64,000 nt of DNA, from the NCBI GenBank assembly GCA_049517415.1, contig JBEKSC010000007.1:1-64000 (forward strand), read 5' to 3'. The notes beneath the pieces were generated by a model that did not search any database, had not been told where the DNA came from, and saw nothing but the letters and a program-made list of their open reading frames with translations. Position numbers and translations under genes: made by a program. This document shows positions 1 through 10,034 of this stretch, one piece after another. This DNA comes from Candidatus Bathyarchaeia archaeon (GTDB taxonomy: Archaea; Thermoproteota; Bathyarchaeia; 40CM-2-53-6). The number at the start of each line of letters is the position of its first letter. Positions within the stretch are counted from its first letter, which is position 1.

Positions 1-481
1 CGTAGCTTTTCAACTTCTTTGACAGAGGAGCTTCGCCGGAGTGTTCTTCACGTTCTAAGATTGCTAACACGACGCCCCCCAAAGTCAGTGCGATGCCAAT
101 TGCGGCGACTGGTGGAATTGTTTCACCGAGCATGACGTATGCACCCAGAGACGCGAATATTGGAGCCAAGGCATAAATCAGCAGAGAACGGCGTGGGCCA
201 AGTATCACGTAAGCGGCGAAGAGTCCTGAATCACCAATACCTAACCCGACTACACCGCTCGTACCCAACCAGAACCATTGAGGTCCGCTAGCCAAAGGTA
301 GAATGGCTCCGAGCAAAACATATTGAGTGACGAGGAGCAGACCCACCGCTATCACAGTGCGGTACGCGTTCACGCTGAGCGACCCTATTCGTCTCCCAGC
401 CGACGTGAAAAACAGTGAACTAACAGTCCAAAGGGCAGAAGTGATTAATGCAGCGGTTTCCCCGAGAACGCTTGAGTTCAA
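1..481 (-). CDS. DMT/EamA family transporter (5' part; runs off the window start)
   Basis: Hand translation of the minus strand from TTG at 481: MNSSVLGETAALITSALWTVSSLFFTSAGRRIGSLSVNAYR...LGIGDSGLFAAYVILGPRRSLLIYALAPIFASLGAYVMLGE, a typical EamA repeat. Not in the ORF track because it is truncated. Confidence 0.8.
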   Translation of the reverse strand, partial: MNSSVLGETAALITSALWTVSSLFFTSAGRRIGSLSVNAYRTVIAVGLLLVTQYVLLGAILPLASGPQWFWLGTSGVVGLGIGDSGLFAAYVILGPRRSLLIYALAPIFASLGAYVMLGETIPPVAAIGIALTLGGVVLAILEREEHSGEAPLSKKLKSY

Positions 482-693
482 TTGGCTCACGAAGTCCTAG
501 ACTGCAAAGCGACATTTGCGGGTTTTTTCTGTCTTTCGTTACAGTTTCTCCATTGGCATCCCAGCAAACTCAAAGGTTTACAGTTTGTTACTTTAACGTC
601 GATCTGCTCGGTCTGTAGATGGGGCGTAAACTCGTTCTCGCTATTACGTTGGCCCTCGTGTACGACTGTGGAAGGTAAGAAGACTCACTGAGC

Positions 694-1011
694 TCAGATC
701 TTGAATTGCAAAGCGCCCTCAGCGGTTCCTGTATAGTGCACTACTTGTGTAACGCGAACTTCGTTTATGCCCGCTGTTATTCTGCCAATCACTCTCGGCC
801 CACCGTCAAGGTCGATTAAGGCAACAACATATGGTGCTCCCTTCTCGAAGCCACTCGGCGGATACCTAATCACAGTGAACGTAGCAACTTTACCTTGCGC
901 CGAGAACATTACTTCCTTAACTTCGCTGAGGCACCGTGGGCATGCTCTAGTCGCGAAGAAGTCAGACCAGGTACAATTCACGCATTTGTAGCCTCTGGTA
1001 CCTTCATCCAT
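694..1011 (-). CDS. Zn-ribbon/OB-fold protein (DUF35 family), thiolase partner
   Basis: CVNC...CPRC zinc ribbon, 'GKVATFTVIRYPPSGF..APYVVALIDL' OB-fold, directly downstream of the thiolase. Confidence 0.85.
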   Translation of the reverse strand: MDEGTRGYKCVNCTWSDFFATRACPRCLSEVKEVMFSAQGKVATFTVIRYPPSGFEKGAPYVVALIDLDGGPRVIGRITAGINEVRVTQVVHYTGTAEGALQFKI

Positions 1012-1017
1012 ACCTTA

Positions 1018-2169
1018 CTACCCCCTAAGTATGTGGACCGCAACCGTGCTACCAATTCCGCCCACGCTCTGCGACATTCCCAGGTGGGCTTCGGGAACTT
1101 GGCATTTGCCTGCTTTCTTTGACAGTTGGAGAGCGAGTTCTGCGATTTGGTACATTCCACTAGCACCGACAGGATGACCTCTTGCCTTTAGCCCTCCGAA
1201 GGTGTTTGTGGGCATCGGCCCATCCCGCGCACAGACTCCATCCTTGACGAGTTGAGAGCCAGAACCTTTCGGTGCAAACCCCAGGTCTTCTAACGCCATG
1301 ATTCCAAGAATTGAGAAGGCATCGTGAACCTCCAATAGGTCAATTTCTTTAGGCTTCACACCCGCCGCCTCGTACGCCCGTTGGGCCGCTCTCCTTGAGG
1401 CCTCAAAGGTAGTCAAGTCTTGGCGCTGGTAGAGGCTGAGTGTATCAGTCGCAACGGCGGAAGCAGCAATCGTCACTGGCGAACCAGCGATTTCCTTCGC
1501 CTTCTCAACAGTCGTCAACACGAGGGCTGCTGCTCCATCTCCGATGGGTGAGCAATCATACAACCTCAATGGGTCCGCCACTAACGGGGACTTGAGCACA
1601 TCTTCGACAGTGATGCGCTTGTGGAATAGGGCCTTGGGGTTGTTAAGGGCGTTTTCGTGGCAGAGAACCGGAAACTGAGCCAGTAGCTCATGTGGTGTAT
1701 CGTACTTGCGCATGTACTCTCGGGCAATCATGGCGTTGAGGCCAACGAAAGTGATACCGCTTGCTCCAACCCGAGCTTTGTCCTCTGCCATCATAAGACC
1801 GGATGTCACCTCAGGTGTCGTGTAACCCGACATTTTCTCAACCGCCCCCACCAAGACCACGTCTTCTAATCCCGACATTACACCCATCACGCCGGCGTGA
1901 GCGGCGACTCCACCCGAGGCGCACGCACCCTCCACTTTGAAGCTTGGGACGCCTTCCCTTCCGAGTGCTGTCGCCATCAAAGCGCCCAAATGCTCTTGGT
2001 TCTGGAGAAACCCAGACATCATGTTCCCGACATAAATGGAGTCAATTTTGTCCACCCCGGAATCTTCGATCGCTTCCATAGCGGCTTCGACGAATAATTC
2101 TTGCAGGCTTCTCCCAGAACCTACCGTAACCGGCGACATTCCAACTCCAATTATGGCGACATTCCGCAA
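1018..2169 (-). CDS. Archaeal thiolase (acetyl-CoA C-acetyltransferase family)
   Basis: VEGACASGG catalytic Cys, EVHDAF, GGLKARGHPVGASG motifs. Confidence 0.93.
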   Translation of the reverse strand: MRNVAIIGVGMSPVTVGSGRSLQELFVEAAMEAIEDSGVDKIDSIYVGNMMSGFLQNQEHLGALMATALGREGVPSFKVEGACASGGVAAHAGVMGVMSGLEDVVLVGAVEKMSGYTTPEVTSGLMMAEDKARVGASGITFVGLNAMIAREYMRKYDTPHELLAQFPVLCHENALNNPKALFHKRITVEDVLKSPLVADPLRLYDCSPIGDGAAALVLTTVEKAKEIAGSPVTIAASAVATDTLSLYQRQDLTTFEASRRAAQRAYEAAGVKPKEIDLLEVHDAFSILGIMALEDLGFAPKGSGSQLVKDGVCARDGPMPTNTFGGLKARGHPVGASGMYQIAELALQLSKKAGKCQVPEAHLGMSQSVGGIGSTVAVHILRG

Positions 2170-2242
2170 AGTTGCCTACCCAGCCGAAGAACATCTTGCA
2201 AGCTCTATGTTTAATTATTCGCTGGCGGGCAGTTAGTTTGGA

Positions 2243-2363
2243 GTTGGCGGCCATAGCTGAGGGCTAGGACCCGTTCCCATTCCGAACACGGAAGTGAATC
2301 TCTCAGGCGATTCGGGTAGTAGTGTGTTCCGAAAGGCCATGCGAGCCCCGGACCGCTGCCGAC
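2243..2363 (+). rRNA. rrf: 5S rRNA (unlinked from 16S/23S); ends approximate
   Basis: GGCGGCCATAGC...CCCGTTCCCATTCCGAACACGGAAGT signature; terminal helix GGAGTTGGCGGC (2240) pairs with GCTGCCGACTCC (to 2366); ~120 nt. Confidence 0.93.
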
Positions 2364-2407
2364 TCCATTATTCTTGTGACTTGGTTGATTAGCACTGAGT
2401 CAAATGA

Positions 2408-3598
2408 ATGAACGTTTATTACATGGGCGGCTTGGCTTATGAATTGAAACTTAGAGGAATCCTATTGTTAGGTCAACTAGGCGCGATAATTCTCGAAACC
2501 GGATTATTTGGCTCAGGCGGAGTCAGCAATTTAGTGAACATTCTGTTCTTCGCCATGTTCTTTGGTTTCATGTTGTTTGGTCAACAAATTCAAAGTCGAA
2601 TTGCCTTAATGCAAATAGATGGGGCTGTTAGAAAACTTGAAAACATGAGAGACAACGCGAAATCTCTCACACTAAAGGTGCTTAGGGACGTAGGCAAACC
2701 CAAGGACGACCCGACAGTGCGATTGAATTCTTTGCTTGAGCAATTCCTCATTGAGCCCGTGAGTATGGATCCATCTGGTGTGGTTCGGAAGTTCGATCAC
2801 CTGCTCGACGTTCGGGAGTCGAAGTTCAAATCGGATGTGGCTAGGATTGCGCCCGAAGCGAATCCTTCACAGGTGAACAATCTCGAGAACCTGGTCGAAG
2901 CAGCTTGGGCGCTGAACTACATGTATAAGGTTGTTCGGCATTTGTACCTCCTCGGCAAGAAGACGTTCAGCATCTTCGTCATATTCCAGCTTCAGGCGTT
3001 CCTACCACTGATCATGATGGAGGCGGATGCTTACCAAGGGGCGACCAAGGCCTTCGCGGAAGGGCACCCGATAGGTGATGGCGCTGGCGCGCTTGTGGCG
3101 TCGAGGTTGATGCGCGGCCACGAGGCTAGGAAAGTTGAGAAGGACATGGTTGCGGCCGAGACAACTTTGGAGGGCCGGAGAGTTATTGCGCTAAAGGCAG
3201 AGGGCCCAGGCGGGAACGTTGGTAAGCCTGGTGACGCCATCCGCCAGGTCCTGGAAGAAAACAACGGAAAAGCATCAATGATAATCATGGTTGATGCTGC
3301 GTTGAAACTGGAGGGAGAGAAGACAGGGGAAGTTAGCGAAGGAATCGGCGCTGCGATTGGTGGCATTGGGACAGAGCGGTTCAAGATTGAAGAGGAAGCA
3401 ACGAAATTCGGTATACCCGTCTACGCCATCGTAGTCAAACAAAGCATACAGGAAGCAGTCACCACCATGAAAAAGGAGATCGCTGAATCCGCTGAAACCG
3501 TCTTAGAGAGAATAAAGCGGTTAGTCGTTGAGCGCACCAAAGAAGGCGAACTCGTCATAATCGCTGGCATCGGCAACACCGCTGGCATCGGACCATAG
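2408..3598 (+). CDS. DUF1512 family protein (true start probably ~2467)
   Basis: N-terminal TM segment, PIGDGAG, GPGGNVGKPG, IIMVDAALKLEGE, GIGNTAGIG motifs typical of DUF1512. Confidence 0.8.
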   Translation: MNVYYMGGLAYELKLRGILLLGQLGAIILETGLFGSGGVSNLVNILFFAMFFGFMLFGQQIQSRIALMQIDGAVRKLENMRDNAKSLTLKVLRDVGKPKDDPTVRLNSLLEQFLIEPVSMDPSGVVRKFDHLLDVRESKFKSDVARIAPEANPSQVNNLENLVEAAWALNYMYKVVRHLYLLGKKTFSIFVIFQLQAFLPLIMMEADAYQGATKAFAEGHPIGDGAGALVASRLMRGHEARKVEKDMVAAETTLEGRRVIALKAEGPGGNVGKPGDAIRQVLEENNGKASMIIMVDAALKLEGEKTGEVSEGIGAAIGGIGTERFKIEEEATKFGIPVYAIVVKQSIQEAVTTMKKEIAESAETVLERIKRLVVERTKEGELVIIAGIGNTAGIGP

Positions 3599-3608
3599 GC
3601 GAATACAG

Positions 3609-4001
3609 ATGAGTAGCAAACCTTCAACATACTACGCGTACATACTGATTGCCTTCGGATTAGTGATCCTAGCGATCTCAATGTGGGCAATGGTGCAAGC
3701 CCTCGATTACTATAACGCTGGACAATTCCCACAGTTCTTCGTGTACGGCATAATGGCGACTGTAGGCACCGTACTCGCCATATCATCAATCACGCAAATG
3801 CGCCGCCGAATGGTCGTCCTGCAACACATCGCCGCCAAAGTACTCAGCGTCGTGCTCTGCGCGAACTGCGGGTTCAAAGTGGTTAGGACATTCAGCGTCG
3901 GCGACTACGTGACTAAAGAGGTTGGGCAATGTCAACAGTGCAAGGGGAGCATGCGCGTCGACTCCATCTACGCTGAAGACCTTAAGCCCAAGAAAATCTA
4001 G
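3609..4001 (+). CDS. Membrane protein with C-terminal Zn-ribbon
   Basis: Two TM helices, then CANC...F.VGDYV....CQQC. Confidence 0.7.
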   Translation: MSSKPSTYYAYILIAFGLVILAISMWAMVQALDYYNAGQFPQFFVYGIMATVGTVLAISSITQMRRRMVVLQHIAAKVLSVVLCANCGFKVVRTFSVGDYVTKEVGQCQQCKGSMRVDSIYAEDLKPKKI

Positions 4002-4894
4002 GCAGTTAACACTCGGCAACCATTCTCAGTCACGATTATCGTATGCTCCGCCTGAGCAACAACGTGGCCGCTCGCTTCGACGAGCACAGGGTAACCAACG
4101 ATACACCGATACTTCACGAGTTCCCCAAACGCCGCTTGGAAATTGGCACCGCGGAAAGAGTTATGAGCCCAACGAGCCGCGAAAGGTAGAGTTTTGTATG
4201 TATCCCTAATAAACTCGCCAAGTTTAACGGCTTCATCTGTTTTGGCACCTTTTTCCTTAACAAAACGGTAGATATACGCGGAATCCCCATCGCGGACAGC
4301 ACCCTCAGCACCTTTCAACGTAACAAAAGGCTCGATTGCATAGATTTCGCCCACCTCAAAGCGGCCGCTCTCCATCCCTGAAACATTAGGAACCGACTTC
4401 CCTGCATGTATCGTATAGCGGTCTATCTTGTGGCCGGTTAAATTTCTAATCGGCTTAAAACCGTACCTCTCGATACAGCGTTCCACCACACTTCCGATTT
4501 CGGACAGTTTTCGACCGGGGGCTACGGCTGCAAGCGCCTCCTGGAGCGCAGCTTCAGCCGCGATTTTCATAGAGTCGTAAGCTGGGTTTAGTGCAATCGT
4601 TATCGCTGTATCTGTTATGAAGCCATCGAGCGCTACACCGAAATCCACCTTCACTATACAATCTTCCGGAATCTTGCTGGTGTCGTCCCACGGGCTTGTA
4701 TAGTGGGCGGCGACGTCATTGATCCCGACATTGCATGGAAAAGCTGAGTCCGCCCCCAGGCTCTGTATCTTTCCCTCTACCTTCTCACATACTCCAAGAA
4801 CGCTCCTGCCAGCCAAGGGAAGAGTTTTCACGAATTCTCGAACCTCGGCAAGGATTCGCCCGGATTTTGTGAACATTTCAATTCGTTGGCTCAA
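3998..4894 (-). CDS. map: Methionine aminopeptidase type II
   Basis: AFPCNVGIN..AAHYT, KVDFG...DG.ITDTA, NLTGH, IHAG, AIEPF, QAEHT metal-binding motifs. Confidence 0.95.
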   Translation of the reverse strand: MSQRIEMFTKSGRILAEVREFVKTLPLAGRSVLGVCEKVEGKIQSLGADSAFPCNVGINDVAAHYTSPWDDTSKIPEDCIVKVDFGVALDGFITDTAITIALNPAYDSMKIAAEAALQEALAAVAPGRKLSEIGSVVERCIERYGFKPIRNLTGHKIDRYTIHAGKSVPNVSGMESGRFEVGEIYAIEPFVTLKGAEGAVRDGDSAYIYRFVKEKGAKTDEAVKLGEFIRDTYKTLPFAARWAHNSFRGANFQAAFGELVKYRCIVGYPVLVEASGHVVAQAEHTIIVTENGCRVLTA

Positions 4895-4952
4895 CCGCGG
4901 CTACACCTTCCTTATGGATGATTGACTTGGGATCTTCGTACAGTTGACAAGC

Positions 4953-5138
4953 CTACTGCTTCTTTGCGACCTTCACCATTATTCGGCCAAGCCGCTTATG
5001 CCCGGCCTTCATGTACCATTTCAGCCACCAGACGGCTAAGGCTTTAACAGCTTCTTGATCAAGGGATGCGAGGTCTGTTTCTGCCTCTTCCGCTGCCGCG
5101 TCCATTTTAGCCAAAACGTTGTCTTTCTCGTCACTCAT
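4953..5138 (-). CDS. Small hypothetical protein
   Basis: ATG start, helical acidic/basic composition, WW.KWYMKAGHKRLGR. Confidence 0.65.
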   Translation of the reverse strand: MSDEKDNVLAKMDAAAEEAETDLASLDQEAVKALAVWWLKWYMKAGHKRLGRIMVKVAKKQ

Positions 5139-5305
5139 AGCTACTCCCTAGCAGCATGGCATCAATGGAGCTTCTAGAAGTTTACCCTCTTCTGGCGCAG
5201 CGGCTATTTGATTTATACAACTAGTCGAGTTATGACACACGCACATTAATTGTGGGGAAGCAACTAAGTCGGAGAGTAGTTTCTGAAAGCGGGAGAACCT
5301 GAGTT

Positions 5306-6442
5306 ATGTCAGTCAATAACGAGGAAATGGTGGTGACCCCTTGGGAGGTTACGGGTAAAATCGATTATGATAAGCTGATAAGGGACTTTGGGACCCAACC
5401 CCTTACCTCAGAAATCTTAGACACGATTAGGAAGCACACCGGCGAATTACACCCACAACTCGCTAGAAGAATTTTCTTCTCACACAGGGATCTGGATTGG
5501 ATTCTGCATAGGTATGAAGCCGGAGAGAAATTCGTACTCTACACAGGGCGGGGCCCTTCTGGGCCGGTCCACATTGGTCATCTGGTCCCATGGATCTTCA
5601 CCAAGTACTTGCAAGACAAGTTCGGCGCCAAACTTTACTTCCAGATCACAGACGACGAGCGGTTCCTCCAACACGATGAGTTTTCGATGAGTGAACCGGC
5701 GAAATGGGCATTTGAGAACGCGCTCGACCTGATCGCCCTGGGCTTCGACCCCAAGAAAACCCGAATCATACTGGACACTAAGAACATGGACGCTCTTTAC
5801 GGCCTTGCGATCAAGATCGCTAAGCACGTGACTTTCTCAACTGCCAAAGCGGTGTTTGGCTTTCGGGAGAGCACGAACATAGGCATGGCATTCTACCCGG
5901 CTGTCCAGGCGGTTCCAGCCTTTCTAGAGTCGCAACTAGTGGGACATAATGTCCCGTGCTTGATCCCCGCCGCTATCGACCAAGATCCTTACTGGAGGAT
6001 CACGCGGGATGTTGCACCGAAGCTGGGGTTTTACAAGCCCGCCCAAATTCACTGCCGCTTCGTACCAGGACTTGGGCGCGCCGGAAAAATGTCTGCATCA
6101 ATGCCTGAAACTGCAATATTCACAATAGATAATCCTCAACGAGCGAAAAAGAAGGTCATGAGCGCATTCACAGGCGGACGAGCCACGATCGAGGAACAAA
6201 AAAGGCTTGGCGCCAATCCTGACATCTGCTCCGTTTTCGCCTACGACTATTTCCTATTTATGAACGACAAGGAAATTGAAGACCTACGTTACAACTGCCT
6301 CGCCGGAAACATCATGTGCGGAGAATGCAAACTCAAACTCGCGGAACGAGTTGAGGAGTTCCTCATAGAGCATCAAGCAAAGCGAGAGAAAGCCAAAGAT
6401 AGATTTGAGGAATACCTCTTCAACCCGAAAGACTCGTGGTAA
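5306..6442 (+). CDS. trpS: Tryptophan--tRNA ligase
   Basis: VTPWEV, YTGRGPSG.VHIGH, IDQDPYWR, KMSAS. Confidence 0.97.
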   Translation: MSVNNEEMVVTPWEVTGKIDYDKLIRDFGTQPLTSEILDTIRKHTGELHPQLARRIFFSHRDLDWILHRYEAGEKFVLYTGRGPSGPVHIGHLVPWIFTKYLQDKFGAKLYFQITDDERFLQHDEFSMSEPAKWAFENALDLIALGFDPKKTRIILDTKNMDALYGLAIKIAKHVTFSTAKAVFGFRESTNIGMAFYPAVQAVPAFLESQLVGHNVPCLIPAAIDQDPYWRITRDVAPKLGFYKPAQIHCRFVPGLGRAGKMSASMPETAIFTIDNPQRAKKKVMSAFTGGRATIEEQKRLGANPDICSVFAYDYFLFMNDKEIEDLRYNCLAGNIMCGECKLKLAERVEEFLIEHQAKREKAKDRFEEYLFNPKDSW

Positions 6443-6567
6443 ACAATCTATTATAGACCTAGGCGCCTATAGCTGCGAAGCTTCGAGGTTGAGCGTATGA
6501 TTGCAGGTGACCGCGTTTTCAGGCCTCAACGCAACATTCCAGTTGTCCTCTGAACTAATTTATCTGA

Positions 6568-8130
6568 ATGCGGCGTGGGACAGGCACGCAAACTCCATGG
6601 GAGCGCAAATGCTTGTTTGATATGCGTGAGAACGAAGCCGCGGTAATGCATGGCCTACAATCCTCCGGCGGCAACTGCTCCTTCGAAGAATTAGTACTAA
6701 AGACTAAGCAGAGTAGTGCCGCCGTGACGCGAGCCTTAACGACTCTGCAAGAGAAGCAATTTGTTCGAGTGACGGAAGCTGAACGAACAATCCTAAAGCT
6801 TACAGAAGAGGGAATGAACTACGCAAAACAAGGTTTGCCCGAAAGACGGCTTTGTCAGGCTGTTCTTGAACTAGGAGGCGAAGCAACTCTTGACCAGGCG
6901 GCGAGACGTGCCAATATAGCCGCGAACCTCGCTTCCGTCGCATTGGGATGGATTAAGGTCGCTGGCTGGTGCGAGGTCACAACTCAACTTCAAAGAGTAG
7001 TACTCAAAGCGTCGGGCATACCTGACAAGACCGATTTAGAAAGGTCACTGGAAAGTCTATCAACCAAAACCGAGACCACCCTCGAGGAATTACCGAAACC
7101 TCTACGCGAAACCCTTGAGACTTTGAAGAGACGAAAGTTAGTCATAAGCAGGAAGCAGACTAAACGTTACGCGGAACTGACCTCGCAAGGTTGGAAAGCC
7201 CTTGAGGAAGGCATAACTGTCCCAGTAGAGGTGAGCGACCTCACCCCCGAGCTACTCGCGTCCCAGCGATGGAAAAGCGCTACGTTTCGAAAATACAACA
7301 TAGCGGCCTCAGTCACTCCGACCTGGCCCGGGAAGAGACAACCCTATCGGCTGTTTCTTGACAACTTGAAGAATAAACTCGTCAATCTTGGATTCAAGGA
7401 AATGACAGGCCCCGCGGTCGAATTGATGTTCTTCAACTGCGACGCGCTCTTCATGCCGCAGGACCATCCCGCACGCGAAATTCACGACCTTTACTTCATC
7501 GAGACGAAGGAAAGGGGAAACCTAGGAGAGAGCGAGCGCTTCATGGATCCCGTTTCGAGAACACATGAAAACGGTTGGAAGACGGGGTCGACCGGTTGGA
7601 AGTACTCTTACTCACGCGACGAAGCTCTAAAGCTGATACTCAGAAGCCAAGGAACCGCTCTAAGCGCCCGGACCCTCGTCAGCAAGGAGCTGCAGATACC
7701 GGGGAAGTATTTCTCCATAGTGAGATGCTTTAGGCCTGATCAAGTAGACCGCACTCACCTTACAGAATTCAACCAAGTTGAAGGCATAGTGTTAGGCGCT
7801 GGCCTGTCACTAAGGGACCTTTTGGGGGTACTCGAACGCTTCGCCATAGACATTGCGGGCGCAGACAAAGTCCGTTTTAGGCCTGATTACTTTCCCTTTA
7901 CCGAACCAAGCGTGGAGCTTCAAGCCTACAAGGAAGGTTACGGATGGCTTGAGTTCGGCGGGTCAGGAATCTTCAGGCCTGAATTGACGCTCCCATTAGG
8001 AATCAAAGTGCCCGTGATCGCCTGGGGCATAGGTGTGGACAGGCTGTACATGATGCGAGCTGGATTCGATGACATACGCCTCCTCTTCGCCCAAGACCTC
8101 GAATGGATGAGGAAGCAGAAGGTTCTCTAA
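6568..8130 (+). CDS. pheS: Phenylalanine--tRNA ligase alpha subunit (start likely 6613-6622)
   Basis: FMPQDHPARE, FRPDQVDRTHLTEFNQVEG, YFPFTEPS, GGSGIFRPE, AWGIGVDR. Confidence 0.96.
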   Translation: MRRGTGTQTPWERKCLFDMRENEAAVMHGLQSSGGNCSFEELVLKTKQSSAAVTRALTTLQEKQFVRVTEAERTILKLTEEGMNYAKQGLPERRLCQAVLELGGEATLDQAARRANIAANLASVALGWIKVAGWCEVTTQLQRVVLKASGIPDKTDLERSLESLSTKTETTLEELPKPLRETLETLKRRKLVISRKQTKRYAELTSQGWKALEEGITVPVEVSDLTPELLASQRWKSATFRKYNIAASVTPTWPGKRQPYRLFLDNLKNKLVNLGFKEMTGPAVELMFFNCDALFMPQDHPAREIHDLYFIETKERGNLGESERFMDPVSRTHENGWKTGSTGWKYSYSRDEALKLILRSQGTALSARTLVSKELQIPGKYFSIVRCFRPDQVDRTHLTEFNQVEGIVLGAGLSLRDLLGVLERFAIDIAGADKVRFRPDYFPFTEPSVELQAYKEGYGWLEFGGSGIFRPELTLPLGIKVPVIAWGIGVDRLYMMRAGFDDIRLLFAQDLEWMRKQKVL

Positions 8131-8131
8131 C

Positions 8132-9844
8132 TTGGTCACTATACTCACCCGAATAGACGACCTGGAGCAGTTAGTCGGCAAGAAACTGCCGCGAAGTCAC
8201 GAGGACCTTAACGAGATACTCTACTCGGTTAAATGCGAACTCTCCGGCCTAAGCCGAACGGAACCCATCCTAGAAGACTCCGAACTTCAACTCGACAACA
8301 AGGATACAAACCGGCCGGACACGTGGAGCACCGAGGGCATAGCCCGCGCTCTGAGAGGTCTGCTAGGAATTGAAGTCGGCCTTAAGACTTACGTCACCGC
8401 CAAGAAACCTGCGGTCCACATCCATGTTGACAAAGAACTGAAGGACATCAGGCCGTACATCGCGTGCGTGGTCGCCAGGAACACGAAACTGAACGACGTT
8501 ATCATTCGCGGCTTGATTCACCTCCAAGACAAGCTTGACCAGAGTTATGGAAGGAAACGCCGAAGATCATCGATCGGTTTCTACGACTTTGACTTGATTA
8601 CTCCTCCACTTCGCTACGGCGCGGTGGGGCCGGATGATGTGAAATTCGTGCCCCTGGAAGGAGACAAGGCGATGTCGCTCCGCGAAATCTTGGAAGCCCA
8701 CCCGAAGGGCATAGAGTACGGTCACATCCTAAAGGAGCATGAGAAAATGCCCATCCTGCTTGATGCAAAACACAAAGTGCTCTCCTTCCCGCCCATCATC
8801 AACTCTAACGACCTAGGACGACTCACACCAGACACAAAGAACGTACTCGTCGAAGTCACAGGTTCGTCTGAAGAAACCGTAATGAACGCCGTCACGATCC
8901 TCACAACCTCCCTCGCCGACCGGGGAGCCAAAATCTCACCAGCCTCAGTCCAGTACAAGTACGGTAAGACACGGATACTGAAAACTCCGGACCTTGACGA
9001 ACGACGAATCAAACTATCCCTCGATAGCCTGAAAAGCCTAATCGGCCTGGAGCTCAGCCACACCCAAGTAGTGTCGCTTCTTCGCCGCGAACGATATGAT
9101 GTGGCAGGTTCGGCTGGGAAGCAACTGAACGTTCGTGTCCCATGCTACCGATTGGATATTCTCCATCCAGTTGACATACTCGAAGATGTAGCCATCGCTT
9201 ACGGTCTAAACAAAATGCAGCCGAAATGGCCGTCCGACCTAACAATGGGCGGCCTCTCGCCGATGGAAGAGTTCTCGGACAATGTGAGGCAGTTGATGAT
9301 AGGACTTGGGTTCCAAGAGATGGTGGGGTTCATGATGACGAATGAGGAAAAGTTGTTCACAAAGATGAACATGCAGCCTGGCGAAGTGGTTGAGATTGCG
9401 AACCCGAAGATCTTGACAATGAGATGCCTACGCCCCTGGCTGCTGCCAAGTTTGATGGATTTCCTAGCGAACAACACTCACGTTGAATACCCCCAACGAG
9501 TGTTTGAGGCTGGAGACTGCACAATCTGGGACCCTGCCGTTTCGAACCGGGCGAGAGATGTCCGCAAATTGGCTTGCGTTTCATCTCACTCGAAAGCTAA
9601 TTTTACGGAGATGAAATCTTACCTCGAACCGCTCATGCTCAACCTTGGGTTCGAATTCACATTGAACCAAACCCTTAACCCGAGTTACTTGGAAGGGAGG
9701 GTCGGTAGCATTCTTATTGGCCAGCGTGAGGTTGGGGTAATAGGAGAGGTTCATCCACAAGTCCTCGAAAACTGGAAACTAGAAGACCCCGTAACAGCAA
9801 TGGAGCTTGACCTTGACCAACTCTTCCAGTTGCAAAGACATTAG
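8132..9844 (+). CDS. pheT: Phenylalanine--tRNA ligase beta subunit
   Basis: NRPDTWSTEGIAR, LSFPPIINS, R.DILHPVDILEDVAIAYG, GEVHPQVL. Confidence 0.96.
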   Translation: MVTILTRIDDLEQLVGKKLPRSHEDLNEILYSVKCELSGLSRTEPILEDSELQLDNKDTNRPDTWSTEGIARALRGLLGIEVGLKTYVTAKKPAVHIHVDKELKDIRPYIACVVARNTKLNDVIIRGLIHLQDKLDQSYGRKRRRSSIGFYDFDLITPPLRYGAVGPDDVKFVPLEGDKAMSLREILEAHPKGIEYGHILKEHEKMPILLDAKHKVLSFPPIINSNDLGRLTPDTKNVLVEVTGSSEETVMNAVTILTTSLADRGAKISPASVQYKYGKTRILKTPDLDERRIKLSLDSLKSLIGLELSHTQVVSLLRRERYDVAGSAGKQLNVRVPCYRLDILHPVDILEDVAIAYGLNKMQPKWPSDLTMGGLSPMEEFSDNVRQLMIGLGFQEMVGFMMTNEEKLFTKMNMQPGEVVEIANPKILTMRCLRPWLLPSLMDFLANNTHVEYPQRVFEAGDCTIWDPAVSNRARDVRKLACVSSHSKANFTEMKSYLEPLMLNLGFEFTLNQTLNPSYLEGRVGSILIGQREVGVIGEVHPQVLENWKLEDPVTAMELDLDQLFQLQRH

Positions 9845-9845
9845 G

Positions 9846-9987
9846 TTCGTTGGAGAGGCACCAGAGCCGCCCACCTCCGAGAGAGCCAACTGAGTGGGGC
9901 GATGCCCTCCGGTGAAGTTTGCGTGTTAGTGTCGTGGGCGATAGGGGTCGGATCGTTCCGGCCCTGCGGCGAATCCCCTCCAACGAA
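9846..9987. ncRNA. Candidate structured RNA/element between pheT and tyrS (unassigned)
   Basis: Perfect 10-bp closing stem TTCGTTGGAG/CTCCAACGAA enclosing two internal stem-loops. Confidence 0.4.
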
Positions 9988-10034
9988 AGAAGAATAGCAC
10001 AGCCCACACAATTAGAACTTGAGAGGGAAGAAGC

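Noticed and set aside
9846..10034. T-box or fluoride riboswitch ahead of tyrS
   Set aside because: No T-box consensus; GGCGATG is present, but the rest of the fluoride riboswitch pattern is not. Kept only as an unassigned structure.
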